This document shows positions 9,517 through 19,480 of a DNA stretch of 52,836 bases, piece by piece (position 1 is the first letter of the stretch; the number at the start of each line of letters is the position of its first letter). Below the pieces are notes generated by a model. That model was not told where the DNA came from. It searched no databases and worked only from the letters and a program-made list of their open reading frames with translations. The stretch covers positions 1-52,836 of the forward strand of contig JACPHB010000014.1 in assembly GCA_016188835.1 (NCBI GenBank), given 5' to 3'. The stretch comes from Parcubacteria group bacterium (GTDB lineage Bacteria > Patescibacteriota > Minisyncoccia > UBA10092). The position numbers and the translations under genes were made by a program.

Positions 9517-10607
9517 TGAATAACCACTTCATTTAACACCGATCTTTTTAAACTTATTATGTCTTCCGGATTAACTTTAGTTGTTAAATTAGAAATATAG
9601 CCATCAAAAAAATCACTGATTAAATTATTGCGAACGCCTCCTTTGATATCTTGATGCCGGCCCAACCAATTAAGAGAGCGCATTGCCAATAACAAATCGT
9701 TTTTTACTTGTTTATCATCAAGCCATTTATCGGTCTTAATTTTTTTAACAGAATCAAGATCAACAATACGGCAATCTAAAGTAATATTATGGTCGGTTAA
9801 ATATGTATGTACAAAGCCGGCATTGTGAATAATAGCCACTTGTTTGCCCAATGTTTGAGCGAACCACTGAACATAGTCCTCATTTGAAAAATTATGAGGA
9901 TCCCTGCCAAGTTCTTGAGCAACCATATGTTTAGCGTCTTCCAATAAAACATGGTCTCCTGCATCAGCAATCCTGGCTTTCGTTCCAAATGCTCGCACCT
10001 CAATAACAGGTTCGGTAGTATATTTTATGTATCCCATCTTTTTGGCTTTTGAAACCGATATTTTTTCTCCGTTTTCAACTACAATTTCGTCAAGCCGGAT
10101 GATTGCTAACGCCCGATGAGTGCGCAATCCTTGCTTTATAAAAAATTCCGACATATCGCGATCGGTTTCCGCAAACCCCCAATCTAAAAATCCCCAAGGA
10201 GTTTTGCCTTTGGCAACTTTTCGCGCTGAACCTGCTTCAAGGGATTCAACCATTAAAAAAAGATCATCACTATTTGGAGGACTTATCGATCCCATTCCTT
10301 TTATGTCAACATCACGGTATAAATTTCCTTCTTTATCTCTAAAAACAACTCTTCCTAAAAGAGCGCTACGAAAATGATTATCCATTACTTTAACGCGAAA
10401 TATGGGTTCTCCTTCATTTGCCTCCGGAGTCAGAAAAACCCCTATCTTAGACGGCTTATCCTCTTCAAACCTGAAAGGCATCTCAACATCATTGTTTACC
10501 CAAACCACCTCGTTTTTAACTTCCACCGCCGGTAATTTTTCTAAGTCAAAATGACCAGTCTCACCTAAACCAATAATCAGGCCTGGTTTTTTTTCAAACG
10601 TATTCAT
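9513..10607 (-). CDS. Hypothetical protein with SelO/YdiU-like kinase-fold motifs
   Basis: DIKGMG, RTHRALAII, GFVHTYLTDHNI, IVDLD. Confidence 0.55.
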   Translation of the reverse strand: MNTFEKKPGLIIGLGETGHFDLEKLPAVEVKNEVVWVNNDVEMPFRFEEDKPSKIGVFLTPEANEGEPIFRVKVMDNHFRSALLGRVVFRDKEGNLYRDVDIKGMGSISPPNSDDLFLMVESLEAGSARKVAKGKTPWGFLDWGFAETDRDMSEFFIKQGLRTHRALAIIRLDEIVVENGEKISVSKAKKMGYIKYTTEPVIEVRAFGTKARIADAGDHVLLEDAKHMVAQELGRDPHNFSNEDYVQWFAQTLGKQVAIIHNAGFVHTYLTDHNITLDCRIVDLDSVKKIKTDKWLDDKQVKNDLLLAMRSLNWLGRHQDIKGGVRNNLISDFFDGYISNLTTKVNPEDIISLKRSVLNEVVIQ

Positions 10608-10713
10608 GTTTTCTAATCAATAGTTATTTATCAATAATCACTTTAAATATATATAGCTATAATAACATATAATAAATTATTACACCAAATATTATACCAA
10701 ATAATTTAGTAAC

Positions 10714-10747
10714 GCAGCATTTACTTGCGATAGCAAGGAAATGCTTC
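10714..10747. repeat. Palindrome downstream of the PaaX-like gene
   Basis: gcagcatttacttgc-gata-gcaaggaaatgcttc. Confidence 0.85.
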
Positions 10748-10754
10748 TAACAAA

Positions 10755-11324
10755 TTAAATCTTAAAAATTTCCTTTAAATGCAATTCGTTATCAATTTTT
10801 TCGGCCACAATTTGTCTAACATAAGAACGAATATTATAAAATTCAATTAAAAATTCTATTTCATTGCAACATTTATATGGCAAAACAAAAACACTTTTTT
10901 GTAATTTATAAAAACCGAGCCGTTTTAAATGCTGACGCATTGCTTCTCTGATTTTTTTGTATTTTTCCGGAATGTCAAAAATAATAATTCTCCACTTCCG
11001 ATCCCAAATTTTGGGAATTTTAATAATCATTTCATCAATTTCATATTCCAGCGCTTTCTTTTTTCCATTTTCGGTTAAAATCATTTTTATCGTATTGCCA
11101 GCACCATCTCTCATATCAACTAACTTGCTTTCATATAAACTTCTAATAGCTCTTTTCAATGCCTGTCTATTGATTTTATTCCACTCGCGCTTCATCTGTT
11201 TTAAAATCCAAAGTTGTTGGCGCAAATTATAAGTAAAACCAAATGATAAACTCCCAAAAAGTAAAAGTAGAACTTTTCTTTGAAAAGTTCCTAATCGTTT
11301 ATTTGTTTTTACATTATTTTTCAT
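10755..11324 (-). CDS. PaaX-like regulator: wHTH plus Cas2-like ferredoxin-fold domain
   Basis: LTENGK; WDRKWRIIIFDIPE...LKRLGFYKLQKSVFV. Confidence 0.85.
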   Translation of the reverse strand: MKNNVKTNKRLGTFQRKVLLLLFGSLSFGFTYNLRQQLWILKQMKREWNKINRQALKRAIRSLYESKLVDMRDGAGNTIKMILTENGKKKALEYEIDEMIIKIPKIWDRKWRIIIFDIPEKYKKIREAMRQHLKRLGFYKLQKSVFVLPYKCCNEIEFLIEFYNIRSYVRQIVAEKIDNELHLKEIFKI

Positions 11325-11367
11325 TGTTTATTATTTTTATAATGCAAAATTTAACATTTACATAATA

Positions 11368-11401
11368 GCACCATTTTCCAGCGATAGCAAGTAAATGCTG
11401 C
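11368..11401. repeat. Palindrome upstream of the PaaX-like gene
   Basis: gcaccattttccagc-gata-gcaagtaaatgctgc; 28/34 identical to 10714-10747. Confidence 0.85.
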
Positions 11402-11461
11402 CAATAACTAAAATAACTAATATAAACTATAAAAACGATCCGTACTGGATGGTTTTAATTT

Positions 11462-13333
11462 TTATTGCCATAATTTTTTGGCTTCTTCCCAAAATTCCGG
11501 ATGTCCGTTTACTTTCATATAATACCACCATTCGGCGCCCCATAAATAGTACTCGTCAAAACCGGTTGCTTTGGCATATTGAATAGTGTCTTTAAAGAAG
11601 TCAATGTCAAAAGATTTTAATTGCTCTTGAAGGCCGGTCTCATAAATTTGTTTTGCCATCCACGGTTCAGCCGATAGTTCAATAACAATAAATTTTTTAT
11701 TATGATCGTTGATAAAAAATCTTGTTATTTTTTCTTTCAAAATAAAAAACTCCGGCGGTAAATGGTAATTAATCCGGCCAAAATATTTATTATACACTCG
11801 CCGGTACATTGTTGTGCCAAAAATATCTCCTTCTTTTGCCGCTTTCGGCCACCAGCCAAATTCGCCACCATCGGTAATTAAAATTGGACGACTCTTATCA
11901 AGAGATTTTACAAGCGATATTTCGCTTTCAATAAAATTTTTTTCTCTTTCAGGGCATTCGCCGAACCGTAAAAAAGGCTCGTTTTCCACTTGCCACATTT
12001 TTATCACCTTATTATTTTTATATCGTTTGATAATTTCCGCCAAATATAATTTTAGTTCATTTTCTCTTTCTTTGTTAGAAATCATTTCAGCCCAATTGGG
12101 CATATAACACTCGGGCCATCTTGGCACTTTCATACCTATGACTAAAATTATTTTTACATTTCTTTTTTGAGCTTCGTTGATTTGCCAATCCAGATCGGAA
12201 AAATCAAAAGTGTTTTTTTCTTTTTCTATTTCATCCCAATAAGCAATTAAACGAATATTATCAACTTCTAAATTATCCAATATAGCTATTAAATTTTCTT
12301 TCGGGTTAAGACCGAGCTCTTTGCTGAATTTACTAGAAAATGTAACGCCCCAAATAATAGGCCGATTATGATCAGCGGTCGGAAATTGGCCGAATACTAT
12401 AAGAAACAAACCAATGCCAACTAAAATCGCGGCAATAACTTTTTGCCACAAAACAATACCTTTTAATTCCTCTTTGAGAATATCGGGCCGCCAAAAAGAA
12501 ATTGCTACAGCGAGTATTAAAACGAAAAATTGCCTTAACCCTTCAAACGCGTTAACCAAAGTGGCGCTAACAAGCGAAATGGCGAATTTAACCAGTCCGG
12601 AACCCAAAATGCTGAATGTTTTATCGGAAAAAAATAAAAAAGCGCTTCTTTTTTCGGCGTAAGTATTTATTGCCAAAATTTTTTGTTTTTGGCCAGGCCA
12701 TAAAAATATTATTAGAGATGCCGCAAGATAACCGATGCTAATCCAAAAAAATCCACTGAAAAATCCTTGCAATCTAAAAGTTTCTCCGGCTAAAACCAAA
12801 CCGATGGCAATCCCCAAAGCGCTGCCGGTTGTTAAAAAAGCGCTTCTTAAATCAAGTCGAAAATTATCGCGTCTTTTCAAAAAAACTAAAACACCGCCGG
12901 AAACCAAAAAAATAAAAGCTAAAAATTGAATTGTGTTTAATCTTTCTCCAAGAAAAAAATATTTTAGCATAAAAGTGAAAATCGGCATACTGCCGACAAA
13001 TAATGTCATTACCCGCGAGGCCTCGCTGCGATACAGAGCCAAATAAAATGGCCACAATCCAAAAATCAAAAAAATACCGGAAATAACGCCAATAATAGCT
13101 TCTTCGAAGCCAATTTTTAAAAAATTAAACCAAATATTGAAAATTAAGGCGGTAAAAATTACAGCTGAACCGCCTAAGCCGCTGTAAAAAGCATAAACCG
13201 TTGGATTAATAGGTTTGCTGACCGAACCGCTTAAAGCAATTTTAGAAATAATGCTTGATATGGCCGCGAATAAATTTCCTAAAATTACTATCAAAATCCA
13301 ATTTTTAAAGAAAAAATCTATAAATTCTTTCAT
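11462..13333 (-). CDS. Fusion of EamA/DMT-like membrane domain and clan-A glycoside hydrolase domain
   Basis: About 10 TM segments in the first ~315 aa, then WGVTFS, LDWQINEA, GMKVPRWPEC, WQVENEP, ELSAEPW, LWGAEWWY. Confidence 0.75.
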   Translation of the reverse strand: MKEFIDFFFKNWILIVILGNLFAAISSIISKIALSGSVSKPINPTVYAFYSGLGGSAVIFTALIFNIWFNFLKIGFEEAIIGVISGIFLIFGLWPFYLALYRSEASRVMTLFVGSMPIFTFMLKYFFLGERLNTIQFLAFIFLVSGGVLVFLKRRDNFRLDLRSAFLTTGSALGIAIGLVLAGETFRLQGFFSGFFWISIGYLAASLIIFLWPGQKQKILAINTYAEKRSAFLFFSDKTFSILGSGLVKFAISLVSATLVNAFEGLRQFFVLILAVAISFWRPDILKEELKGIVLWQKVIAAILVGIGLFLIVFGQFPTADHNRPIIWGVTFSSKFSKELGLNPKENLIAILDNLEVDNIRLIAYWDEIEKEKNTFDFSDLDWQINEAQKRNVKIILVIGMKVPRWPECYMPNWAEMISNKERENELKLYLAEIIKRYKNNKVIKMWQVENEPFLRFGECPEREKNFIESEISLVKSLDKSRPILITDGGEFGWWPKAAKEGDIFGTTMYRRVYNKYFGRINYHLPPEFFILKEKITRFFINDHNKKFIVIELSAEPWMAKQIYETGLQEQLKSFDIDFFKDTIQYAKATGFDEYYLWGAEWWYYMKVNGHPEFWEEAKKLWQ

Positions 13334-13336
13334 AAA

Positions 13337-14581
13337 TTAATCGTTAATTTCAACAGCGTTAGATCCGGCAATTTCCGCATAAACCATGCTCGAGAGCCGC
13401 GGTTTTCTTTCAAGCGTTTTATAATCAATCTCAACCAAACCGAATCTTGGCCAAAAACCTTTATCCCATTCAAAATTGTCCAAAAGCGACCAATAGAAAT
13501 AACCGCGAACATCAACACCTTCTTGGATAGCTTTAACAGTCCATCGTAAATGTTCTTCAATAAATTTTACGCGATTTTCGTCTCGGGTATCAGCAATGCC
13601 ATTTTCTGTAATATAAATAGGCTTATTATATTTTTTTAAATCTTTCAAAACATGATAAATACCCTCCGGAAATATTTCCCAGCCCATATCGGACTTCCAA
13701 TGATTAGGATTTTTAACATCGGCAATTCCGAATCTGCCTCCGCCAAAAACAAATTGTATTACATCAAGATAATAATAATTTAAACCTACAAAATCTTCTT
13801 TGCCTTTTGCGAGTTTTATTTGTCTTGTATCGCGTATATAATTAACAAAAAAAACTGCTAGCCAATCTAAAAAGTTTTTTCTGCGGCGAGGCCTATGGTA
13901 ATGAAGATTGTGAGAAAGCCCGACTATTATAGAATTACCGTAATATTCGTGTAAAAAGTCATAACATTTGCAATGCGCTTCAAATAAATTTTTTAAAACA
14001 CGATTAGATCTCGTCCAGCTTTTTACATTGGGAGAAAATTGGCCAAACAAATATGACGCCCCCGCATATACAGATGGTTCGTTAATGGTAATCCATGATT
14101 TTATATCCAATGATTGCGCAATTTTCCCCACATATCTTAGAAAAAAATCAATAGTTTTTGGATTTTCCCAGCCACCTATATCACGAATCCATAAGGGGTT
14201 GGTCCAATGCCAAAGGGTTACAAACGGTTCAATATTCCGCGCACGAAGCGCTTGGATGACCTTTCGGTAGTGTTCTATTTCATCTTGATTGAATTTCCCT
14301 TCTTCCGGCTCAATTCGCGACCATTCAATGGAAAAACGATGAGCATTATGGCCCAGTGATTTCGAAATATTAAAATCTTCTTCGTAGCGATTATAATGGT
14401 CGCAGGCTTTCCCTGAAATATAATTTTCAGAAGGATATTTTCCACCGCTTTCTTTTGAAAGACGCTCTGCGTTTTCTTTTTCCCACTCCGACCAATCATT
14501 ATGATTATTGCCTTCAACCTGATGCGCCGAAGTAGCCGCGCCCCATAAAAATCCTTCCGGAAATTTAAATATTTTGCTCAT
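13337..14581 (-). CDS. Glycoside hydrolase family 1 (beta-glucosidase)
   Basis: FLWGAATSAHQVEG, RFSIEWSRIEP, TINEP, YITENG, WSLLDNFEW. Confidence 0.96.
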   Translation of the reverse strand: MSKIFKFPEGFLWGAATSAHQVEGNNHNDWSEWEKENAERLSKESGGKYPSENYISGKACDHYNRYEEDFNISKSLGHNAHRFSIEWSRIEPEEGKFNQDEIEHYRKVIQALRARNIEPFVTLWHWTNPLWIRDIGGWENPKTIDFFLRYVGKIAQSLDIKSWITINEPSVYAGASYLFGQFSPNVKSWTRSNRVLKNLFEAHCKCYDFLHEYYGNSIIVGLSHNLHYHRPRRRKNFLDWLAVFFVNYIRDTRQIKLAKGKEDFVGLNYYYLDVIQFVFGGGRFGIADVKNPNHWKSDMGWEIFPEGIYHVLKDLKKYNKPIYITENGIADTRDENRVKFIEEHLRWTVKAIQEGVDVRGYFYWSLLDNFEWDKGFWPRFGLVEIDYKTLERKPRLSSMVYAEIAGSNAVEIND

Positions 14582-14587
14582 TTCAAA

Positions 14588-15682
14588 TTAATTCTGTAAC
14601 AATTTTAAATCTAGATTAAAATCTTGAAGCATTAAATTTCTTAAAAAGTCCCAGAAAATTGCAACGGTATATTTTCCGGCAACATCGCCTGCAGTTATCC
14701 AACTGACTAAACCAACCAAACCTTTGGACTTTGGATTAATCAAGGCGCCGCCGGAAAATCCGGTGGTAGCATTGCTTTCTATAAGTAAAATCTGCGGTTC
14801 TGCGCTTTTATTTATATTAACATTACCAGCGATTTTTCCAATGGTTGACGTAATTTTATTGGCTAAATGGCTCGCGTCAACACCATAACCCAAAGTGATT
14901 AAAAAATCGCCATCTTTCGGCTGATAATTCCAATCAATCGGAAAAAAATTAAAAATTCCATTATTTTCTATAGATAAATAATCTTCCGGCGCTGCGATTT
15001 TAAATTCCAATAAAAAGTTTATTTTGGATTCCCTGCTTATTTTAGAAACTATTTTTAAAATTGCAAAATCATTATAATATTTGTCTTCACTGAAAGAATC
15101 GCTAAATTTTTCAGTTAGCGGATAATTTGAAACTTCGGCTATATAATAAATTTTCGGTTTTTGCGACTCTGTATTGGGAAAAAAACTTTTTAAAATAAAA
15201 CAATCATTTTTAATTTTTTTGGTATTTTCGTCATAAACGATATGGCGATTAGTAAGGATATTGCCACTACTATTAATTATTATTCCGGTACCCCGAGAAA
15301 TGTTTGAAAATGTTGTTCCTTCCGAATTAAGATTGCCACAATAAAGTTGAATCACGGAACTATTTATCAATTCTTCAAAACTTTTTGAAGAAACTTCTTT
15401 TATTGGTTCCGCAACAATTGGTTTTTGGATAATTTCTTTTGAAATTATTTGAGGTTCTTTTATCGGTTTATCCTTAACCGGCTCGCTATTATATGAAGTA
15501 GTAGTTTTAAGGTTTTCTGAAGTTTGAAGTTTTATACTTGATGTGGAAATATTGAAATTTTCATTAGAAGTAAAATTTCTGCTAAAATCGGATTTTAAAT
15601 AATCGAAAGAAAAAATTAAAAACGCCGCAATAATGATTACGGCAAAAAAAGAAATTATGATTTTGAAAATTTTAAATTCCAT
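14588..15682 (-). CDS. Membrane-anchored trypsin-like serine protease
   Basis: GTGIII, LTNRH, NDFAIL, GFSGG catalytic triad motifs. Confidence 0.8.
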   Translation of the reverse strand: MEFKIFKIIISFFAVIIIAAFLIFSFDYLKSDFSRNFTSNENFNISTSSIKLQTSENLKTTTSYNSEPVKDKPIKEPQIISKEIIQKPIVAEPIKEVSSKSFEELINSSVIQLYCGNLNSEGTTFSNISRGTGIIINSSGNILTNRHIVYDENTKKIKNDCFILKSFFPNTESQKPKIYYIAEVSNYPLTEKFSDSFSEDKYYNDFAILKIVSKISRESKINFLLEFKIAAPEDYLSIENNGIFNFFPIDWNYQPKDGDFLITLGYGVDASHLANKITSTIGKIAGNVNINKSAEPQILLIESNATTGFSGGALINPKSKGLVGLVSWITAGDVAGKYTVAIFWDFLRNLMLQDFNLDLKLLQN

Positions 15683-16703
15683 AACCCAACGCTTTAAGTC
15701 CGGGAAGCGTTTTACCGGCTAAAAAATCAAGCATTGCCCCTCCGCCGGTGGAAACATAATTAAATTTGTTAATTAAATCGCTTTTTTCTAAAAAAGCTAT
15801 GGTGTCGCCTCCGCCAACAACAGAAAAAGTGCCAGAATCAATGATAGCTTGAGCTATTTTTTCACTACCATGTGAAAATTCAGGAATTTCCGCTTTGCCC
15901 AAAGGCCCATTCCAGATCACTATTTTTGACTTATTGATAATTTCAACAAATTTATCTGTGGTCTTTTCTCCAATATCCAAAATCATATCATTTGAAACTA
16001 TGTAGTCGTTGGGAATAATTAAATTTTTTTCTTCCATGAGATTTTGGGCGTTTTCTAAAAAACTATCGTTAGTTAAAGATTTTTTTATATCAACACCATT
16101 AGCTTTAAGAAAAACATTGGCAACGGCTCCACCAATTAAAATATTTTCCGCTTTATCCAAAAAATTTTTTATAACCGGAAATTTGGTCTCAATTTTGGCG
16201 CCGCCAATAATTAAAGTTTTGCCTTCTTTTGGCAATTCCAAGACTTTTTTCAGATTTTCAATTTCTTTTACAAGCAATAAACCGGCATAAGACGGCAAAA
16301 ATTTGGTAACAGCAACAACCGAGCCGTGGTTTCTGTGAGAAACAGAAAATGCATCGTTAACATATATATTAAATGATTGAGCTAATTCTTTAGCAAATTC
16401 TTCATTATTAGTTTCTTCACCCTTGTATTTCCTAATATTTTCATATAGATAAAAATTTCCTGTTTGGAGTATCGCTTTTATTTGTTCTACTAATGGCTCA
16501 AAACTTTCTACCGATGTGATATGGCTTAAAAGTGTAATTACAGCGCCGCGATTTATTAAGTAATCAATTGTTTCTTTGTGCGCCCTAATTTTATAAGCAT
16601 CTAAAATTTTTCCATTTTCTACGGGCACATTAAAATCAACCCTCAACAAAACCTTTTTGCCAGCTAATTCTTTTTTTGTTAATTCTACGACAGATTTAAT
16701 CAT
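15672..16703 (-). CDS. pgk: Phosphoglycerate kinase
   Basis: LRVDFNVP, NDAFSVSHR, GGAK, WNGPLG, GGGDT, STGGGA. Confidence 0.96.
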   Translation of the reverse strand: MIKSVVELTKKELAGKKVLLRVDFNVPVENGKILDAYKIRAHKETIDYLINRGAVITLLSHITSVESFEPLVEQIKAILQTGNFYLYENIRKYKGEETNNEEFAKELAQSFNIYVNDAFSVSHRNHGSVVAVTKFLPSYAGLLLVKEIENLKKVLELPKEGKTLIIGGAKIETKFPVIKNFLDKAENILIGGAVANVFLKANGVDIKKSLTNDSFLENAQNLMEEKNLIIPNDYIVSNDMILDIGEKTTDKFVEIINKSKIVIWNGPLGKAEIPEFSHGSEKIAQAIIDSGTFSVVGGGDTIAFLEKSDLINKFNYVSTGGGAMLDFLAGKTLPGLKALGYGI

Positions 16704-16745
16704 TGAAAAATAAATTTAAAAAATTTTGATTTTTTAATTTTAAAT

Positions 16746-18113
16746 TTAATAAAGATATCCCCATGTCTGAAGCTTATCGCTATCCGTGTGCCATTTTAGT
16801 CCAATGTCAGTTCGATAAAACATATCCTGAACCATAACATTTTTAATACGATTATAAACTTGATGCCTTGCTTCACCAACCGTCGTCCCCGATCCCGTCA
16901 CCACCATTAAAACACCTGATTGGCCTGCAATGCGCCAGGCGCCATCTTCAAGCTTCACATCCTCAATGTGAATCCCTTCAAGATTATTGGGTTTTTTAAA
17001 AAGAATCGGCAAATCATGATAAAGCTCAATAGTTTCCTTCTCCGTGGATTTAACTAAAAGAGTTGGTACCATAATTCTTACGCCTACTTGAAATCCCTTT
17101 TTAGTTTTTAATTCAAAATTTTCGCCTTTCGCCAGCTTATAAAGCCATCCACCGGCTGACATGGTTATTCCTTCAAGCTGAATTGAAATAGTTGGATAAC
17201 CAAATCTGGCAGTAAATTCTAATGGATAAATTCCGCGTCCGTTAACAATACAATTGATGTCAATGTAGCCAATGTAGCCGGATTCCACTAAAGCCGGTTT
17301 CATTTTTTCAAGGGTCATTTTAAAAAGCTTATTGGGTTCGCTCCAGTACATTAAAGTTCCCATTTCGCCGCTCAAGGGTCCGATGTCGCCGGGAAAAATT
17401 CTTTTGTGCTCAAAATTTACATTGATAGGCAAAATAAAATCATGGCCATTAAAAAAAGCGCCAACGGCGATTTCCACGCCAGAAATAAATTTTTGGAGCT
17501 GAAAAATCGGCGCCTTTTTAGCCCAAATTTTTTTATTTTGTTCAATTAATTCTAACAAATCTTTACCATCTTCTTCTTGGCCGATGAACAAAAGGCTCTT
17601 ACCAGACGATGGCGTATTTCCGCTTGGTTTAAAAACATAGCGATCCGGATTATCTTTAATAAACTTAATCGCCTCCTCATAATCCGTAAACTGCCATTGA
17701 GGCAAAATATTAACGCCATATTTTTTCATTTCAGTTTGACCGAAATCGCGATCCATTTCCAGCATATCCGTATAAACACTTCCGCCAATCACTAACTTTC
17801 CGTTTTTTCGAAGCTTATCAGCAATCTCGCCAAATTCATCATCATCAAAAACAATAATATCAGCCCAATCTTTGTGTGATTCCCAATTATCAACTTTGTC
17901 AATAAAGCCATTATAAACATCGGCATCGGTTTTTAATTTTATATATACCTTAACCTCATGACCTTCTTTTTTAAGAGTCCAGGCTAAATCGCCGCTTAAA
18001 CTTTCAAGCGATACAAATAAAAACTTTTTCGGTTCAATAATTTTGTCATTACCATTTATATGACCATTGCCGTTTTGACCGACAATATTTTTTTCTGATA
18101 AATTTTCGTTCAT
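16746..18113 (-). CDS. PurD-like ATP-grasp ligase
   Basis: LEMDRDFGQ, VFKP, EHKRIFPGDIGPLSGEMG, LEFTARFGYP, YRTDIG. Confidence 0.8.
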   Translation of the reverse strand: MNENLSEKNIVGQNGNGHINGNDKIIEPKKFLFVSLESLSGDLAWTLKKEGHEVKVYIKLKTDADVYNGFIDKVDNWESHKDWADIIVFDDDEFGEIADKLRKNGKLVIGGSVYTDMLEMDRDFGQTEMKKYGVNILPQWQFTDYEEAIKFIKDNPDRYVFKPSGNTPSSGKSLLFIGQEEDGKDLLELIEQNKKIWAKKAPIFQLQKFISGVEIAVGAFFNGHDFILPINVNFEHKRIFPGDIGPLSGEMGTLMYWSEPNKLFKMTLEKMKPALVESGYIGYIDINCIVNGRGIYPLEFTARFGYPTISIQLEGITMSAGGWLYKLAKGENFELKTKKGFQVGVRIMVPTLLVKSTEKETIELYHDLPILFKKPNNLEGIHIEDVKLEDGAWRIAGQSGVLMVVTGSGTTVGEARHQVYNRIKNVMVQDMFYRTDIGLKWHTDSDKLQTWGYLY

Positions 18114-18195
18114 TGTGATTTTTTCTAAAATCTATTTTCATTTTACAACAAAAAAATAAATTAGCAAAATTTTTTTGGAAATTTTATGTTGATAA

Positions 18196-19419
18196 CTAAA
18201 TTTTTCTTCTCTTTTTTTGAAAAGAAATAGCGAACCGATGGGCTTCGTTTCGCACATGCTGAAACAGTAAACGCGAAGTAATCATTAACTTTTTTACGCT
18301 TGGTTTAATATTTTCAAAAATTAATCTATCGCCTTCCGCCGCCCGGCCACTATGACCTAAAATTTTGGCAATTCCAACAATGGGAATAAAAATATTCCGT
18401 TTCAATAAAACTTTTTTTGCTCTAAAAACTTGATTTTTCCCGCCGTCAATTAAAATAATATCCGGCTTGGGCCATTCGTTATGATTAAAACGCCTTTCCA
18501 AGACTTCCTCAAGCATCGCCAAATCGTCAAATGTATTTTTCGTATTTTTAATTTTAAATAAACGATATTCTGAAGAGTCGGGAAAGCCGCTTACAAATAC
18601 CGCCATCGCGCCAACCGGTTCTTTGCCTCCAAAATGGGAAATATCGTAACCCTCTATCCGCTGGGCGGAATTTCCAATTTCCAATTTCCAATTTCCAATT
18701 TTGGGATTATTAATTAGCGCTATATCGTTAACATGTTGCAAAGCATAGATTTTTTCGGGATTTTCTTTTTTTAATTTTTTAATAAGCCGTTTGTGTTCGC
18801 CTCTAAAAAACAAAACAAGATTTTTGATTATTTTTTGATATTCGGTTTTAGTTACGGTGCCGACACAAACCCCTGGACATAAGCCGATTTGATAATCAAA
18901 ACAGGGCTGACCTTGGTTCGGCCTGCAAAAACTGAACGGAAATATTTTTCTCACCAAATTTAATGCTGTTTTAAGAACTCTATAGCTTTGATATGGCCCA
19001 AAAACATGACCGCATAAGCCATCTCGAGAGATCTTATGCGGTTGATAGATATATTTTTCCATTTCTCGACCGCGAGCAATAAATGGCCTTGGAAATTCTT
19101 CTTTTGGAATGACAAGATAAACAAACGAGCGATCGTCCTTTTCTTTAATGTTATATTTTGGCAGATATTTTTTAATCGCGTTAGCTTCTAAAATAACCGC
19201 TTCAAGAACGCTGTTAGTTTTTTTAAATGAAATATTATCGGCCTCGTTTACCATCAAATTAATACGTGAGTCTTGACTTCTGAAATAACTTGAAATCCTT
19301 TTTTTGAGCGACCCCGCTTTACCGACATAAATTTTTTTCCCTTTTTTAGAAAACCAATATATGCCCGGATTATTCGGAAAAAATTTTGATTTTTTTAATA
19401 ATTTTTCTAACCTTGACAT
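18196..19419 (-). CDS. uvrC: Excinuclease ABC subunit C, shortened (no UVR coil, no HhH)
   Basis: GIY-YVG, PKYN, FGPY, Cys cluster, RIEGYDISH, PDIILIDGG, RNEAHRFA. Confidence 0.92.
   Translation of the reverse strand: MSRLEKLLKKSKFFPNNPGIYWFSKKGKKIYVGKAGSLKKRISSYFRSQDSRINLMVNEADNISFKKTNSVLEAVILEANAIKKYLPKYNIKEKDDRSFVYLVIPKEEFPRPFIARGREMEKYIYQPHKISRDGLCGHVFGPYQSYRVLKTALNLVRKIFPFSFCRPNQGQPCFDYQIGLCPGVCVGTVTKTEYQKIIKNLVLFFRGEHKRLIKKLKKENPEKIYALQHVNDIALINNPKIGNWKLEIGNSAQRIEGYDISHFGGKEPVGAMAVFVSGFPDSSEYRLFKIKNTKNTFDDLAMLEEVLERRFNHNEWPKPDIILIDGGKNQVFRAKKVLLKRNIFIPIVGIAKILGHSGRAAEGDRLIFENIKPSVKKLMITSRLLFQHVRNEAHRFAISFQKKRRKI
18669..18702. repeat. Heptamer tandem repeat (AATTTCC)4 inside uvrC
   Basis: Directly visible; encodes KIGNWKLEIGN. 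Confidence 0.92.
19009..19042. repeat. In-frame palindrome inside uvrC
   Basis: accgcataag-ccatctcgagagat-cttatgcggt; encodes PHKISRDGLCG. Confidence 0.8.
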
Positions 19420-19441
19420 TTGAATTATTATTTGTTATTAT
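19413..19441 (+). promoter_or_regulatory. Sigma70 promoter of the small ORF
   Basis: TTGACA-17-TATTAT with a TG extension. Confidence 0.65.
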
Positions 19442-19480
19442 TTCTAATAATAAACCATGCTCTATAGGGAGGTGATCTGA

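Noticed and set aside
10755-11324. Cas2-like domain as evidence of CRISPR-Cas
   Set aside because: It is fused to a wHTH in the PaaX manner; there is no cas1 and no repeat-spacer array in the window.
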